A DNA stretch of 64,000 bases from Pirellulales bacterium. Its GTDB lineage: Bacteria > Planctomycetota > Planctomycetia > Pirellulales > JALHPA01. Positions 1 to 9,476 of this stretch are shown here, in pieces. The stretch spans positions 5,330,786 through 5,394,785 of the forward strand of contig CAWHJG010000002.1 of assembly GCA_963829655.1 (NCBI GenBank). The letters run 5' to 3'. Every line of letters starts with the position of its first letter. Positions within the stretch are counted from its first letter, which is position 1. The translations under genes and the position numbers were made by a program. The notes beneath the pieces are model-generated. The model had not been told where the DNA came from and searched no databases. It saw only the letters and a list, made by a program, of their open reading frames with translations.

Positions 1-187
1 AATCGTCGCTGGATGCGCGAGTTGATCCTGCGTCGATTTGTGGCCGCCGCAGACTACTTCTTAGATGGACGTTGGTCGCACAACTCGGATGAACTGCGAG
101 ACCGACTGGTGGCCGGCGATAGTTCGCGGGATTTCGCATGCCTTCCCGACCGTAGATTTGCGATAAGGGGAGGTCGATCCGGCCGTT

Positions 188-610
188 ATGCCTAGACTTG
201 GCCACCTATTGATCGCGGTTGTGGTTGTTTCGTCCTCGGGTTGTGGCGGGGGAAGCAAGTATCCCACTGCGCCGGTTTCCGGCACGGTCAAATTGGACGG
301 CCAACCCGTGGGAGACCGGTCGGTGACGTATCAGCCGGAAGGCGGCGGAATGGCTTCGGTGGGCACGACCGACGCAGGCGGCCACTACACGCTGAAATCC
401 CTTCGCGGCGATTTCGATGGCGCGGTAGTGGCAAAGCACCGGGTGATCATACGCACAATCAGCACGCGAGTCATTGATACAACTAGTGATAAGCGCGACC
501 CCAAAGCAGTCGATCCAATCCCGAAGAAGTATAACGATGCGACGGAGTTGACGATGGTTGTCCCGGAAGACGGCCGGGATGACGCGGATTTTAATCTGAG
601 CTCGAAGTAA
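188..610 (+). CDS. Small secreted lipoprotein (beta-sandwich, carboxypeptidase-regulatory-like), partner of the downstream DUF1559 gene
   Basis: 140-aa ORF with a signal peptide and lipobox (VVVSSSGC). It has the PVSGTVKLDGQPV...GHYTL motif, and GGGGAGG lies at 167-173 upstream of the ATG. A paralog sits at 2313-2765. Confidence 0.6.
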   Translation: MPRLGHLLIAVVVVSSSGCGGGSKYPTAPVSGTVKLDGQPVGDRSVTYQPEGGGMASVGTTDAGGHYTLKSLRGDFDGAVVAKHRVIIRTISTRVIDTTSDKRDPKAVDPIPKKYNDATELTMVVPEDGRDDADFNLSSK

Positions 611-690
611 GCAGCTTCAAACAAACCCCGCTAAAGTTACGTGCGGGGCGGATGGCGGGAGTGCCGTTTTTCTCAAGGATAGGCGTTGCC

Positions 691-1719
691 ATGCGATTTC
701 GCACACGCGGATTCACGCTGGTGGAGTTGTTGGTCGTGATTGCCATCATCGGCATCCTGGTGGCTATGCTCTTGCCGGCGGTGAACGCAGCCCGCGAGGC
801 GGCGCGGAAAACCGCCTGCATCGACAACATCAAGAACCTGGGGCTGGCGTGTAACAGCCATCTATCGGCGAAGAAAACTTTTCCGCCGGGGAAGGTGGTC
901 GACGTGAACCCCCCCCACGGCGACAACGAAGGCGCCCCCGACATGACCAATTGGGCCATCGAGATCCTGCCCTATCTCGAGGAAGGCGGGCTTTACGATC
1001 GCTACGACCACAAGGTCGAGAATCTGCACGTTCGCAACCGGATCGTGTTGCAGACGAACCTGGCGGTGTTCAATTGCCCGAGCGATCCGAACATGAACTC
1101 GCTGCAAGAGCCGCAGAACACGTCGGCGCGGCCGAACTACCCGAACGATCCCAATTTCCCGCCCAACAGCAACACCAAGTGCGCGACGGGCTCGTACCGG
1201 GCGGTGGGCGGCCAGGGCTTCTCTGGGGGCAGCCCCGACGAAATGTATTGGGACAGCAAGAAGGCACTATACGGCGGGACGAACCAGCTCACGCGCGAGA
1301 AGCGGGGCGCAATGCATATTACTAAGCGGTTCAACTTGAAGCCCGAGGGGGCCGGCAAGGTGAAGGACGGCATGTCGCACACGCTGTTGATTGGCGAATA
1401 CACGGCCGACGTTTCGCAGCCGGGGCGGGCCGCCAACTGGGCCAATAGCAACTTTGGCGTCAACTTGGGAACGATCACGGTCAACACGACGTCGTACGTG
1501 TGGCATCCGGATTACGAACTCTGCCGCAAAAACATGCCGGACCCGTCGTTCCCGCAGCCATGCCGCCGGGCATTTACCAGCCGGCACGCTGGCGGCGGGA
1601 TCATCAACTTCGTGTTCTGTGACGGAAGCGTGCGGCAGTTGACGCCGGAGGTCGATCTGAAAGTGGCCGGCGCGATGGCGACGATCGCCGGGGATGAGTC
1701 GGTGGAGGAGCCACTGTAA
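691..1719 (+). CDS. DUF1559 domain protein with a type IV pilin-like N-terminal cleavage/methylation motif (H-X9-DG-type family)
   Basis: GFTLVELLVVIAIIGILVAMLLPAVNAAREAARK at the N-terminus and HAGGGIINFVFCDGSVRQL near the C-terminus. The ORF is open from 652, but the MRFRTRGFTLVELL start at 691 fits the family better. Confidence 0.9.
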   Translation: MRFRTRGFTLVELLVVIAIIGILVAMLLPAVNAAREAARKTACIDNIKNLGLACNSHLSAKKTFPPGKVVDVNPPHGDNEGAPDMTNWAIEILPYLEEGGLYDRYDHKVENLHVRNRIVLQTNLAVFNCPSDPNMNSLQEPQNTSARPNYPNDPNFPPNSNTKCATGSYRAVGGQGFSGGSPDEMYWDSKKALYGGTNQLTREKRGAMHITKRFNLKPEGAGKVKDGMSHTLLIGEYTADVSQPGRAANWANSNFGVNLGTITVNTTSYVWHPDYELCRKNMPDPSFPQPCRRAFTSRHAGGGIINFVFCDGSVRQLTPEVDLKVAGAMATIAGDESVEEPL

Positions 1720-1725
1720 TTGAAA

Positions 1726-1752
1726 GAACAGGAGCTAACGGAGACAACAGAG
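1726..1752. repeat. Left arm of a 27-bp inverted repeat flanking the GxxExxY gene
   Basis: gaacaggagctaacggagacaacagag matches the reverse complement of 2239-2265 at 24 of 27 positions. Confidence 0.7.
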
Positions 1753-1756
1753 TATC

Positions 1757-2206
1757 ATGCCTCTGTTTCTTCGGTCTTCTCCGTTTTCCAAACCTCTTTC
1801 CGTGCATCCACTTTTCACCCAAGCCTCTGGAATAACCCACGATTGTATTGGCGCTGCCATTGAAGTGCACAAGGACAAAGGACCTGGCCTGCTCGAATCG
1901 GTCTACGAATGGTGTCTGATGATGGAGCTCGGAACTCGGCGTTTTCAAGTGGAAAACCAGTCCGAGGTGGTCGTTCGTTACAAACAGTTCCAAAAGACGG
2001 TGACTCTCAGATTTGACTTGTTGGTAAATAGGTGCTTGCTCGTTGAGGTCAAAGCGGTTGAAGCGGTGCTTCCGATTCATAAAGCGCAACTGCTCAGCTA
2101 TATGAAGCTGTTGGATATTCCGCTCGGTTTGATCGTCAACTTCAATACACCAAAGTTGACGGATGGCATTTCGCGACTGATTCTGCCGGGAGCCAATCTG
2201 GATTGA
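1757..2206 (+). CDS. GxxExxY family protein (PD-(D/E)XK-like)
   Basis: Contains IGAAIEVHKDKGPGLLESVYEWCLMMEL and VEVKAVEAVLPIHKAQLLSYMKLLDIPLGLIVNFN, the hallmark G-x-x-E-x-x-Y and C-terminal signatures. Confidence 0.8.
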   Translation: MPLFLRSSPFSKPLSVHPLFTQASGITHDCIGAAIEVHKDKGPGLLESVYEWCLMMELGTRRFQVENQSEVVVRYKQFQKTVTLRFDLLVNRCLLVEVKAVEAVLPIHKAQLLSYMKLLDIPLGLIVNFNTPKLTDGISRLILPGANLD

Positions 2207-2238
2207 GCCCACAGAGAAGGCAGAGGCAACAGAGGAAA

Positions 2239-2265
2239 CTTTGTTGTCTCTGTTTGCTCCTGTTC
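2239..2265. repeat. Right arm of the 27-bp inverted repeat; it also forms a local hairpin with 2221-2235
   Basis: ctttgttgtctctgtttgctcctgttc. The local stem cagaggcaacaga / tttgttgtctctg pairs with G-U wobbles just after the GxxExxY stop codon. Confidence 0.65.
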
Positions 2266-2312
2266 GATTGTCCGTCAGACGCGCTTGAATTACCGAAGTT
2301 TTTCGTTCTCCA

Positions 2313-2765
2313 TTGCTAATAGGATTGCGGGACGTGCGAAGACTCCTCACGATCGCTTTCATGGTGACCGTTCTAGCCGCCGGGTGTGGGCCGAAGGCGC
2401 GAGATCGCGCCGGTGAGCGGCAAGGTGACGCTCGACGGCAGGCCGCTGGCAAACGCCAACGTTGCGTTTATGCCGCAGGCCACGGCCGGAACGATGGGTC
2501 ACGTGACGTCGCGCGGGCACACCGACGCTCTGGGTAACTACACGTTGAAGACGGCCGACGATCCCCGCGCAACGGCGCAGTTGTCGGCACGCACAAGGTC
2601 TATATCTCAACGCGCGTGTCCGATGCGATTGCGGAGATCTCCGAGGACCAGGGGGGCAAAGGGCCGGTCGAGCGCGTGCCCGCGAAGTACAACACGCAGA
2701 CCGAGTTGAAGCGCGAAGTTCCGCCGGAAGGCAAGGCGAACATGAACTTCGAGCTGGTGAAATAA
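2313..2765 (+). CDS. Paralog of the 188-610 lipoprotein, interrupted by two frameshifts in this sequence
   Basis: The signal and lipobox (VLAAGC) lie in one frame and PVSGKVTLDGRPLANANV...GNYTL in a second. The reading then returns to the first frame for VPAKYNTQTELKREVPPEGKANMNFELVK, with the stop at 2763-2765. Confidence 0.6.
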
Positions 2766-2788
2766 GGGGTTAGGGGTTAGGGGTTAGG
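2766..2788. repeat. Tandem heptamer (GGGGTTA)x3 immediately after a stop codon
   Basis: Direct reading gives ggggtta ggggtta ggggtta gg. Confidence 0.9.
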
Positions 2789-2917
2789 CAGCTAAGGCCA
2801 ACCGACCTTCCGTATGTCGGGTCAGTTTGCTATTACTCCCCTGCCCTATTCTGGGTTTTTATTCGATTGCGCCGATTCTACTTCTCAATCGACCGGCCTT
2901 TCAGATTCGCCGATCGC

Positions 2918-3771
2918 ATGCCTGCTAGCACCTCTGCCGCGTCATTTGTGCTGATGCTTTTTCTGTGCGTTTCCGGCTGCGCCATGACCGGGGCGTCGAA
3001 CCACCGCGATTGGGCATCGGACCAGACGCTGATGCCGACGGCCGAGTTCCGGGGGGATCAGGTGACGATTCGCAACGTCCGCAATTGCTCGTACGCCAGC
3101 GCCGATGATTACGAGCTTAGGTATTACAACAAGACCATCGATCTGGGCGATGTCCAAAGCGTGGATTTCATCCAGATTCCGTTTGCGGACATGCCGCAGG
3201 TGGCCCACGTGATGATGAGCTTTGGCACGCGGGCCGACGATTATACGTGCGTCTCGATCGAGATCCGCCGCGAGAAGGGAGAGAAGTATTCGCCGCTGTC
3301 GGGCTTTATGAACGAATACGAGCTGATCTATGTCGTCGGGGACGAGCGCGATCTGGTGCAGCTTCGGGCGATCCACCGGCTGGACGACGTTTATGTTTAT
3401 CGCACGCGGGCGACGCCGGACCAGGCGCGGCTGTTGTTCGTGGACATGCTCGAGCGGGCGAACAAGCTGCGCGCGAGCCGGAATACTATCACACGGTGAC
3501 CAACAATTGCACGACGAACGTCGTGGATCACATCAACAAGTTCTGGCCGCACCGGATTGCGTACAACGTGCAGGTGCTATTGCCCGGCTACACCGACCGG
3601 ATGGTGTATGAGCTGGGGATGTTGGACACGAGCAAGAGTTTTGCGGAGACGAAAGCGGCGGCGCGCGTCAATCCGTTGGCGTACGTGCATCGCGATTCGC
3701 CGGAATTCTCGGCTCGAATTCGCGAGCCGGTATTGGCGCTGCGGGGGGACGGGGTGAGCCGGTGGCGGTGA
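2918..3771 (+). CDS. DUF4105 (Lnb N-terminal periplasmic domain) lipoprotein, one frameshift near 3475
   Basis: Lipobox LCVSGC, then ...FIQIPFADMPQVAHVMMSFG...YELIYVVGDERD. After the frame change the sequence continues as EPEYYHTVTNNCTTNVVDHINKFWP. Confidence 0.75.
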
Positions 3772-3952
3772 GATTAGCAGCGAGAAGTATGGGGCCGCGA
3801 GAAGGCGCAGCAAGCATTGGCCGCGAATAGATCGCGAATGGACGCGAATCAGAGAGTGGTAGCCGAGCCTTCGCAAACATCTTGCGGTCGACATCTACCC
3901 CGGGCATGATGTTGGGTGGTTAGCATACCACTCACACACGAGGCCCTCTTCA

Positions 3953-4663
3953 GTGGGTTCGTCCATGCGCAGCCTCCTATGCGTTTCGGCATTGATCTGG
4001 TTCATCGTTGGCACACGGATTGAGGCCGACGACGTTAAAAACAAGGATGCGCCGACGTCGAAGACGTCCTCAAAGGACGCGAAAGATGCGAAGGAAGGAA
4101 AGGAGTGGAAGTCGCTGTTTGACGGCAAGTCGCTGGACGGCTGGAAAGTGCCGAACTTCGGCACGCAGGGGGAGGTCGAAGTCGAGGAGGGGAAGATCAT
4201 TCTTGGATTCGGCGACGGCTGCACCGGCGTCACATACACGAAGGATTTTCCCAAGTGGAACTACGAAGTGACCTGCGACGCGATGCGCTTGGACGGAAAC
4301 GACTTCTTCTGCGGGATGACATTTCGCGTGGGTGACGACCCGTGCTCGTTCATTGTCGGCGGGTGGGGCGGCTCGGTGGTCGGGCTATCGAACATCGACG
4401 GGTATGATGCGGCGAACAATTCCACGTCGAGCTTTCACCAGTTCAAGGACAAGACCTGGTACACGATCCGCGTGCGAGTGACGAAGGACCAGATTCAGTG
4501 CTTCATCGACAAGGAGAAGGTCGTCGATCAAGAGCTGGAGGGGCGCAAGATCTCGATCCGGCCGGAGGTTGAGCTGTCGCGGCCGTTTGGCATCGCGGCG
4601 TGGAAGACCGTGGCGGCGTTTCGGAACATCAAGGTTCGCGAGTTTAAGCCGGGCGAGAAGTAG
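3953..4663 (+). CDS. DUF1080 (3-keto-disaccharide hydrolase-like) secreted protein
   Basis: Signal peptide, then WKSLFDGKSLDGWKV...GKIILG...KDFPKWNYEVTCDAMRL...AAFRNIKVREFKP. Confidence 0.85.
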   Translation: MGSSMRSLLCVSALIWFIVGTRIEADDVKNKDAPTSKTSSKDAKDAKEGKEWKSLFDGKSLDGWKVPNFGTQGEVEVEEGKIILGFGDGCTGVTYTKDFPKWNYEVTCDAMRLDGNDFFCGMTFRVGDDPCSFIVGGWGGSVVGLSNIDGYDAANNSTSSFHQFKDKTWYTIRVRVTKDQIQCFIDKEKVVDQELEGRKISIRPEVELSRPFGIAAWKTVAAFRNIKVREFKPGEK

Positions 4664-4853
4664 TTCTTGGTGCGGCAGTGCGGATGTGGTCCAGCGGTAT
4701 GGAAGAACCGTCGGCCGCTTGTCGCACCCTACGCCGCATTCTCGCCGTAGTCCAAGCGCGGCGGGATTGGTAAACTTTACCGTCTAAAATGCGCGGCGAT
4801 GAATCGGCCGCGCCATCGCAGCGACACGCCACCCGGAGCACATTCGTTTGCCC

Positions 4854-7800
4854 ATGTTCGAATCGGTCGCCGGCAACGTCAACTTTCCCAAGCTCGAAGA
4901 GGAGATCGGCCGCTTTTGGCGCGAGCGAAAGATTTTTGATTTGTCGCTGCGCCAGCGCAAGGGTCATCCGCGATTTGTTTTCTACGAAGGTCCGCCGACG
5001 GCCAACGGGATGCCGCACCCGGGGCACTGCCTGACACGCGCGATCAAGGACTTGTTTCCGCGCTATCGCACCATGCGCGGGCTATCTCTGCGAGCGGAAA
5101 GCCGGCTGGGACACGCACGGGCTGCCGGTCGAAGTGGAGGTGTGCAAGGAGCTGGGCATCCACACCAAGGAAGAGATCGAGACGTACGGCGTCGAGAAGT
5201 TCATCCACCGCTGCCAGGCGAGCGTGTGGCGGTACATGCAGGAATGGGAGCGGCTCACCGAGCGGCTCGGCTTTTGGATTCACCTGGACGAGGCGTACGT
5301 CACTTATCACCAGAGCTACGTCGAAAGCGTCTGGTGGTCGCTCAAGGAGCTTTTCGACCGCGGCCTGTTGTACCAGGGGCACAAGATCGTTTGGTGGTGG
5401 GCGCAAGGGGGCACGGCGCTATCCAGCGGCGAAGTGGGACAGGGCTATCGCGAGGTGGCGGACCCGAGCGTGTATGTGCGGTTTCCGCTGCTCGATGATG
5501 CGGGCAAAACGACGAACACTAGCGCTGCTCGTTTGGACGACGACGCCTTGGACGTTGCCGAGCAATCAGTTTGCGGCGGTGCATCCGGAGTTGGAGTACG
5601 CGACGGTGAGTGATCTGGAGCTGCCCGGCGAGCGATTGATCATGGCGTCGGCGCTGGTCGAGACGATCGCCGCGAAAGTAAAGCGGCCGCTTACGGTTGA
5701 ATCGACCTGCAAGGGAAGCGAGCTGGTTGGGAAGCGATATCTGCCGCCGTTTGATTACTATTACAAGACGCGCGGGCAGCGGACCGGTGAGTTGAAATCG
5801 GGTGGTGCGCAGCACGTCGCCTGGCGAGTTGTGGCGGCCGAGTTTGTCACCACCGACAGCGGCACTGGCGTGGTGCATCAGCGCCGGCGTTTGGCGAAGT
5901 GGATTTCGAGGTTCTGCGTGAAGAACAGGGCCGATTCGTCGGCAACCAAGGACCGGAATTGATCTGCGCAGTCGGCCCCCGACGGCAAGTTCACCGCCGA
6001 AGCCCCCGACTACGCGGGCCGCTGGGTCAAGGACTGCGACAAGGACATCACGCGCGACCTGCGCCGCCGCGGGCTGCTCTATCACCAGGAGCAGTACGTT
6101 CACGACTATCCGTTCTGCTGGCGGGCGGAGGAAGATCCGCTGATTCAGTACCCGCGGCGGAGCTGGTTCATCCGCACGACGCAGTTCAAGGACGAGATGC
6201 TGGCGAACAACGAGCAGATCAACTGGCTGCCAGAGCACATCCAGCACGGCCGGTTCGGCAATTTTCTGGAATCGAACGTCGATTGGGCATTGTCGCGCGA
6301 ACGGTACTGGGGCACGCCGCTGCCGATCTGGGTGTGCGATAAGACCGGCAAGATGGAAGCGATCGGCAGTTACGACGAGCTCTTGGCGAAGCCGGGCAGC
6401 TGCGCGGCGCCGAAGTTTGGCTGAACGCGAAGAAGGCAAATCCCGAACTGGTGGACGACCTCGAAGTTCACAAGCCGTACATCGACGCAGTCACGTACAA
6501 GTCGCCGTTCGCCGACGACGGGCGGATGGAGCGCGTGCCGGACGTGATCGACTGCTGGTACGACAGCGGCGCGATGCCGTTTGCGCAGTGGGGCTATCCG
6601 CACGCGGGGCAGAGAGAAGGTTCACCGAGCAGTTCCCGGCCGACTTCATCAGCGAGGCGCTCGACCAGACGCGCGGCTGGTTTTATAGCCAGCTGGCGAT
6701 CAGCACGTTGTTGTTTGGGAAGCACGCAACGCGTACCCTCACCCTTTCAAGAACTGCATCGTGCTGGGGCTGATGCTGGGCGAGGACGGGCAGAAGATGT
6801 CCAAAAGCAAGCGGAACTACCGCGAGCCCAACGAGATCTTCGACCGATACGGCGCCGACGCGCTGCGGTGGTACTTCTTCGCCACGCAGCCGCCGTGGAC
6901 GACAATCCGCTACAGCGAGCAGGCGATCAAGGACAGCATCCCGGAGTTTTTGCTGCGGCTATGGAACGTGTATAGCTTCTTCACGATCTACGCGAACATC
7001 GACGAGTTCGATCCGTCACGGACGCTGTCTGGGGACGTGGGGCAGCTTGAGAGCGAAGTGTTGCAGACTTCGCAAGGGTATCGGCCGTTGAACCAGCGGA
7101 GCGAGCTGGATCGGTGGATCACGAGCGAGCTGAATCGCACGGCGGCGATCGTAACCGAGCGGATGGACGCGTACGACAACTACGCCGCGTGCAGTCGAGA
7201 TCACTGAGTTTGTCGATGCGCTCTCGAACTGGTACGTCCGCCGCAGCCGCGACCGCTTTTGGTCCGAGGACAAACTCGATCCCGACAAGCTCGACGCTTA
7301 CTGGACGCTGTATGAATGTTTGTTGACCACGGCGAAGGTCATCGCGCCGTTTGTGCCGTTTATGGCTGAAGCGATGTGGCAGAACCTCGCCGCGAAACCT
7401 TTTGGGAAGCGTACGTTGGAGAGCGTGCACTTGTGTGACTATCCGACGGGAGACCGCCGGGCCGTCGATGAGAATCTGTCGCGGCGCATGAAACTGATGC
7501 GAGAGATTTCGTCGCTTGGCCGCGCGGCACGCACGGGCGCGAAGATGAAAGTGCGGCAGCCGCTGAAGAAAGTTGAAGTCATCCTGGCTGAGCGAGGCGA
7601 GCAGCCGTGGCTTGAGGAGCACTGCGGGCTGATCGCCGAGGAGCTGAACGTGAAAGAGGTCGAGTTCGCGGCAAAAGCCGACCAGTACATCACGTACACT
7701 GTACTGCCGGATCTGAAGCGGCTTGGCCCGCGGCTGGGTAAGCGGCTGCCGGCGCTCAAGGCGGCGCTGGCGAAGGCGGACGGGGCGGCGCTTTTGAACG

Positions 7801-8220
7801 AGCTGGAGTCGAACGGCCAGGTGTCGTTCAAGCTGGACGGCGAATCGGTCCCGCTCGACAAAGACGATTTGCAAGTTCGCTTGCAGGCGAAACCGGGCTG
7901 GGCGGCTGCACAAGGCAAGTCGTCGGTAGTCGTGCTCTCGACAGAGTTGAACGAGGCTCTCGTGCGCGAAGGGCTGGCGCGAGCTGGTCCACGCCCTTCA
8001 ATCGCAGCGCAGGGACATGGCGCTGAAATACACGGCGCGGATCCGCGTGGGGCTGGTGACGGAATCCGCGGACCTTAAGACTGCGGCGAAAGAGTTTGTG
8101 ACATACATTCAGGGCGAGACGCTGGCTAGCGAATTTGTGTTTGAGCCGCTCTCGGGCGTCGCGGCGACGCAAGTGGAGGTCGGCGACTTCGCTTCGCAAT
8201 TGTTTGTTGCGCCGGCGTGA
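4854..8220 (+). CDS. ileS: Isoleucine--tRNA ligase, split over about 10 frame segments (about 9 apparent frameshifts)
   Basis: Ordered class I aaRS motifs lie across ORFs 4848, 5134, 5474, 5899, 6197, 6451, 6417, 6761, 7320 and 8017. They include [86 protein letters not shown] and GADALRWYF. Confidence 0.9.
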
Positions 8221-8234
8221 TCAAACCCGCGAGT

Positions 8235-8846
8235 ATGGCTGTGTCCAAGAAACTCCGGCTGGCGGCGCTGATTTCAGGCGGTGGCACCACGCTGCGCAAT
8301 TTGATCGACAAGATCTCGGCCGGGCAGCTTCGCGCGGAGATCGCCGTTGTCGTATCGAGCAATGCCGAGGCGAAGGGACTGCGTTATGCGGCGGGCGCCA
8401 ATATTCCCACGCACGTAGTTGAACGGCAGGGGTTTTCCTCGATCGAAGAATTCTCCGCGGCGGTTTTTGATCGCTGCCGCGCGGCCGGCGCGGAACTCGT
8501 CGTGATGGGGGGGTGGCTCAAATTGGTCGCTATCCCCGATGACTTCTCCAAACGCGTCATCAACATTCATCCCGCGCTGATCCCGATGTTTTGCGGCAAG
8601 GGTATGTATGGGCCCGCCGTCCATCGCGAGGTGCTTACGTCCGGTGCGAAGATCAGCGGGTGCACGGTTCATTTCGTGGATAACCAGTACGATCACGGCC
8701 CGATCATCGTGCAGCGCACGGTACCGGTACTTGAGGGAGATACGACCGACTCGCTGGCGGCGCGCGTGTTTGCCGCGGAGTGTGAACTGTATCCGTCGGT
8801 AATCAATTTGATCGCTGACGGCGATATCAAGGTTGGGCGTCGGTGA
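8235..8846 (+). CDS. purN: Phosphoribosylglycinamide formyltransferase
   Basis: Contains LAALISGGGTTLRNLID, VINIHPALIPMFCGKGMYG, SGCTVHFVDNQYDHGPII and LAARVFAAECELYP. An alternative GTG start at 8217 overlaps the ileS stop. Confidence 0.9.
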   Translation: MAVSKKLRLAALISGGGTTLRNLIDKISAGQLRAEIAVVVSSNAEAKGLRYAAGANIPTHVVERQGFSSIEEFSAAVFDRCRAAGAELVVMGGWLKLVAIPDDFSKRVINIHPALIPMFCGKGMYGPAVHREVLTSGAKISGCTVHFVDNQYDHGPIIVQRTVPVLEGDTTDSLAARVFAAECELYPSVINLIADGDIKVGRR

Positions 8847-8849
8847 TTG

Positions 8850-9380
8850 ACGGTCACGTAGCCGAGCGGCGTCGTAGAAAGCCGCGGCATCTTTCCAGTT
8901 GCTGTGAGTTTCCAACCAAATCTGTCGGTGGCCCGCGTCCCAGGCCGCGCGCTCCAGTGTGTCCATCAGTAGGCGGCCGACTCCACGTCGCCGCCACTCG
9001 GGTAGCACGCACAGCCAATGCACCGCGGGCCGCAAGCCCGAGGGTGTTTCGCGGACCGCCAGTGTGACGGTGCCAACGGGCGATGTCGCTGAGCCGTCGA
9101 TGAAAGGAACCGCGAACCACATCCAGCTGGGATTCCACCACGGCTGAGCTAGAAACTCGCGGCGGAAGTCGGTTCGGGCCCAAGCGCGGGCGCCTATCGA
9201 CTCACTTGCAAATGCACTGTTTCGCAAGGAGAGCCATTGGTCGATGTCGGCTTCGTCGCAGTATGGCCGCACAGAAGCGCTTGGAGTCACCGGAGCGACC
9301 GGCAGCCCTTGCAATGTCCGCATTCGCTGCACAATTGGCATCATCGTCGTATCTTCGTTTTGCGACGGCACTTCCGCCAC
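8850..9380 (-). CDS. GNAT family N-acetyltransferase; the 3' end is uncertain
   Basis: Contains WLCVLPEWRRRGVGRLLMDTLERAAWDAGHRQIWLETHSNWKDAAAFY. The ORF formally runs on to 8274, antisense through purN, as Arg-rich junk. The true stop is probably near 8830-8880, possibly after a frameshift. Confidence 0.55.
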
Positions 9381-9428
9381 GGTGTCAGAAAAATGCCCTA
9401 GTAGTGACTGACTTCAATCAAAATATGC

Positions 9429-9457
9429 TTGCAATAGTGACCGATATACGTCATAAT
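9429..9457 (+). promoter_or_regulatory. Candidate sigma70-like promoter for the DeoR/BMC operon
   Basis: TTGCAA (9429-9434), a 17-nt spacer, then CATAAT (9452-9457), in an AT-rich gap 20 nt upstream of the GTG at 9477. The direct repeat TAGTGAC[T/C]GA lies at 9402-9411 and 9435-9444. Confidence 0.3.
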
Positions 9458-9476
9458 CTCACCGGTACGGGTAGTT

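Noticed and set aside
1-195. Open frame at the left edge (NRRWMRELILRRFVAAADYFLDG...), possibly the 3' end of an upstream gene.
   Set aside because: No recognisable domain. It overlaps the RBS and start of the next gene, and there is too little sequence to support a call.
2766-2788. GGGGTTA repeats as a chromosome or linear-replicon telomere.
   Set aside because: There are only three units, embedded between ordinary genes in the middle of the contig.
4670-4760. tRNA-like fragment (gtggtccagcggtatgg...) or a T-box leader upstream of ileS.
   Set aside because: No acceptor stem, anticodon arm or GTTCRA T-loop can be folded, and there is no specifier or T-box consensus. Only generic hairpins are present, for example 4791-4813.
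8274-8850. C-terminal ~190 codons of the 368-aa minus-strand ORF 8274-9380.
   Set aside because: This part lies antisense to the well-supported purN gene and is compositionally junk. Only the GNAT domain part (about 8850-9380) is credible.
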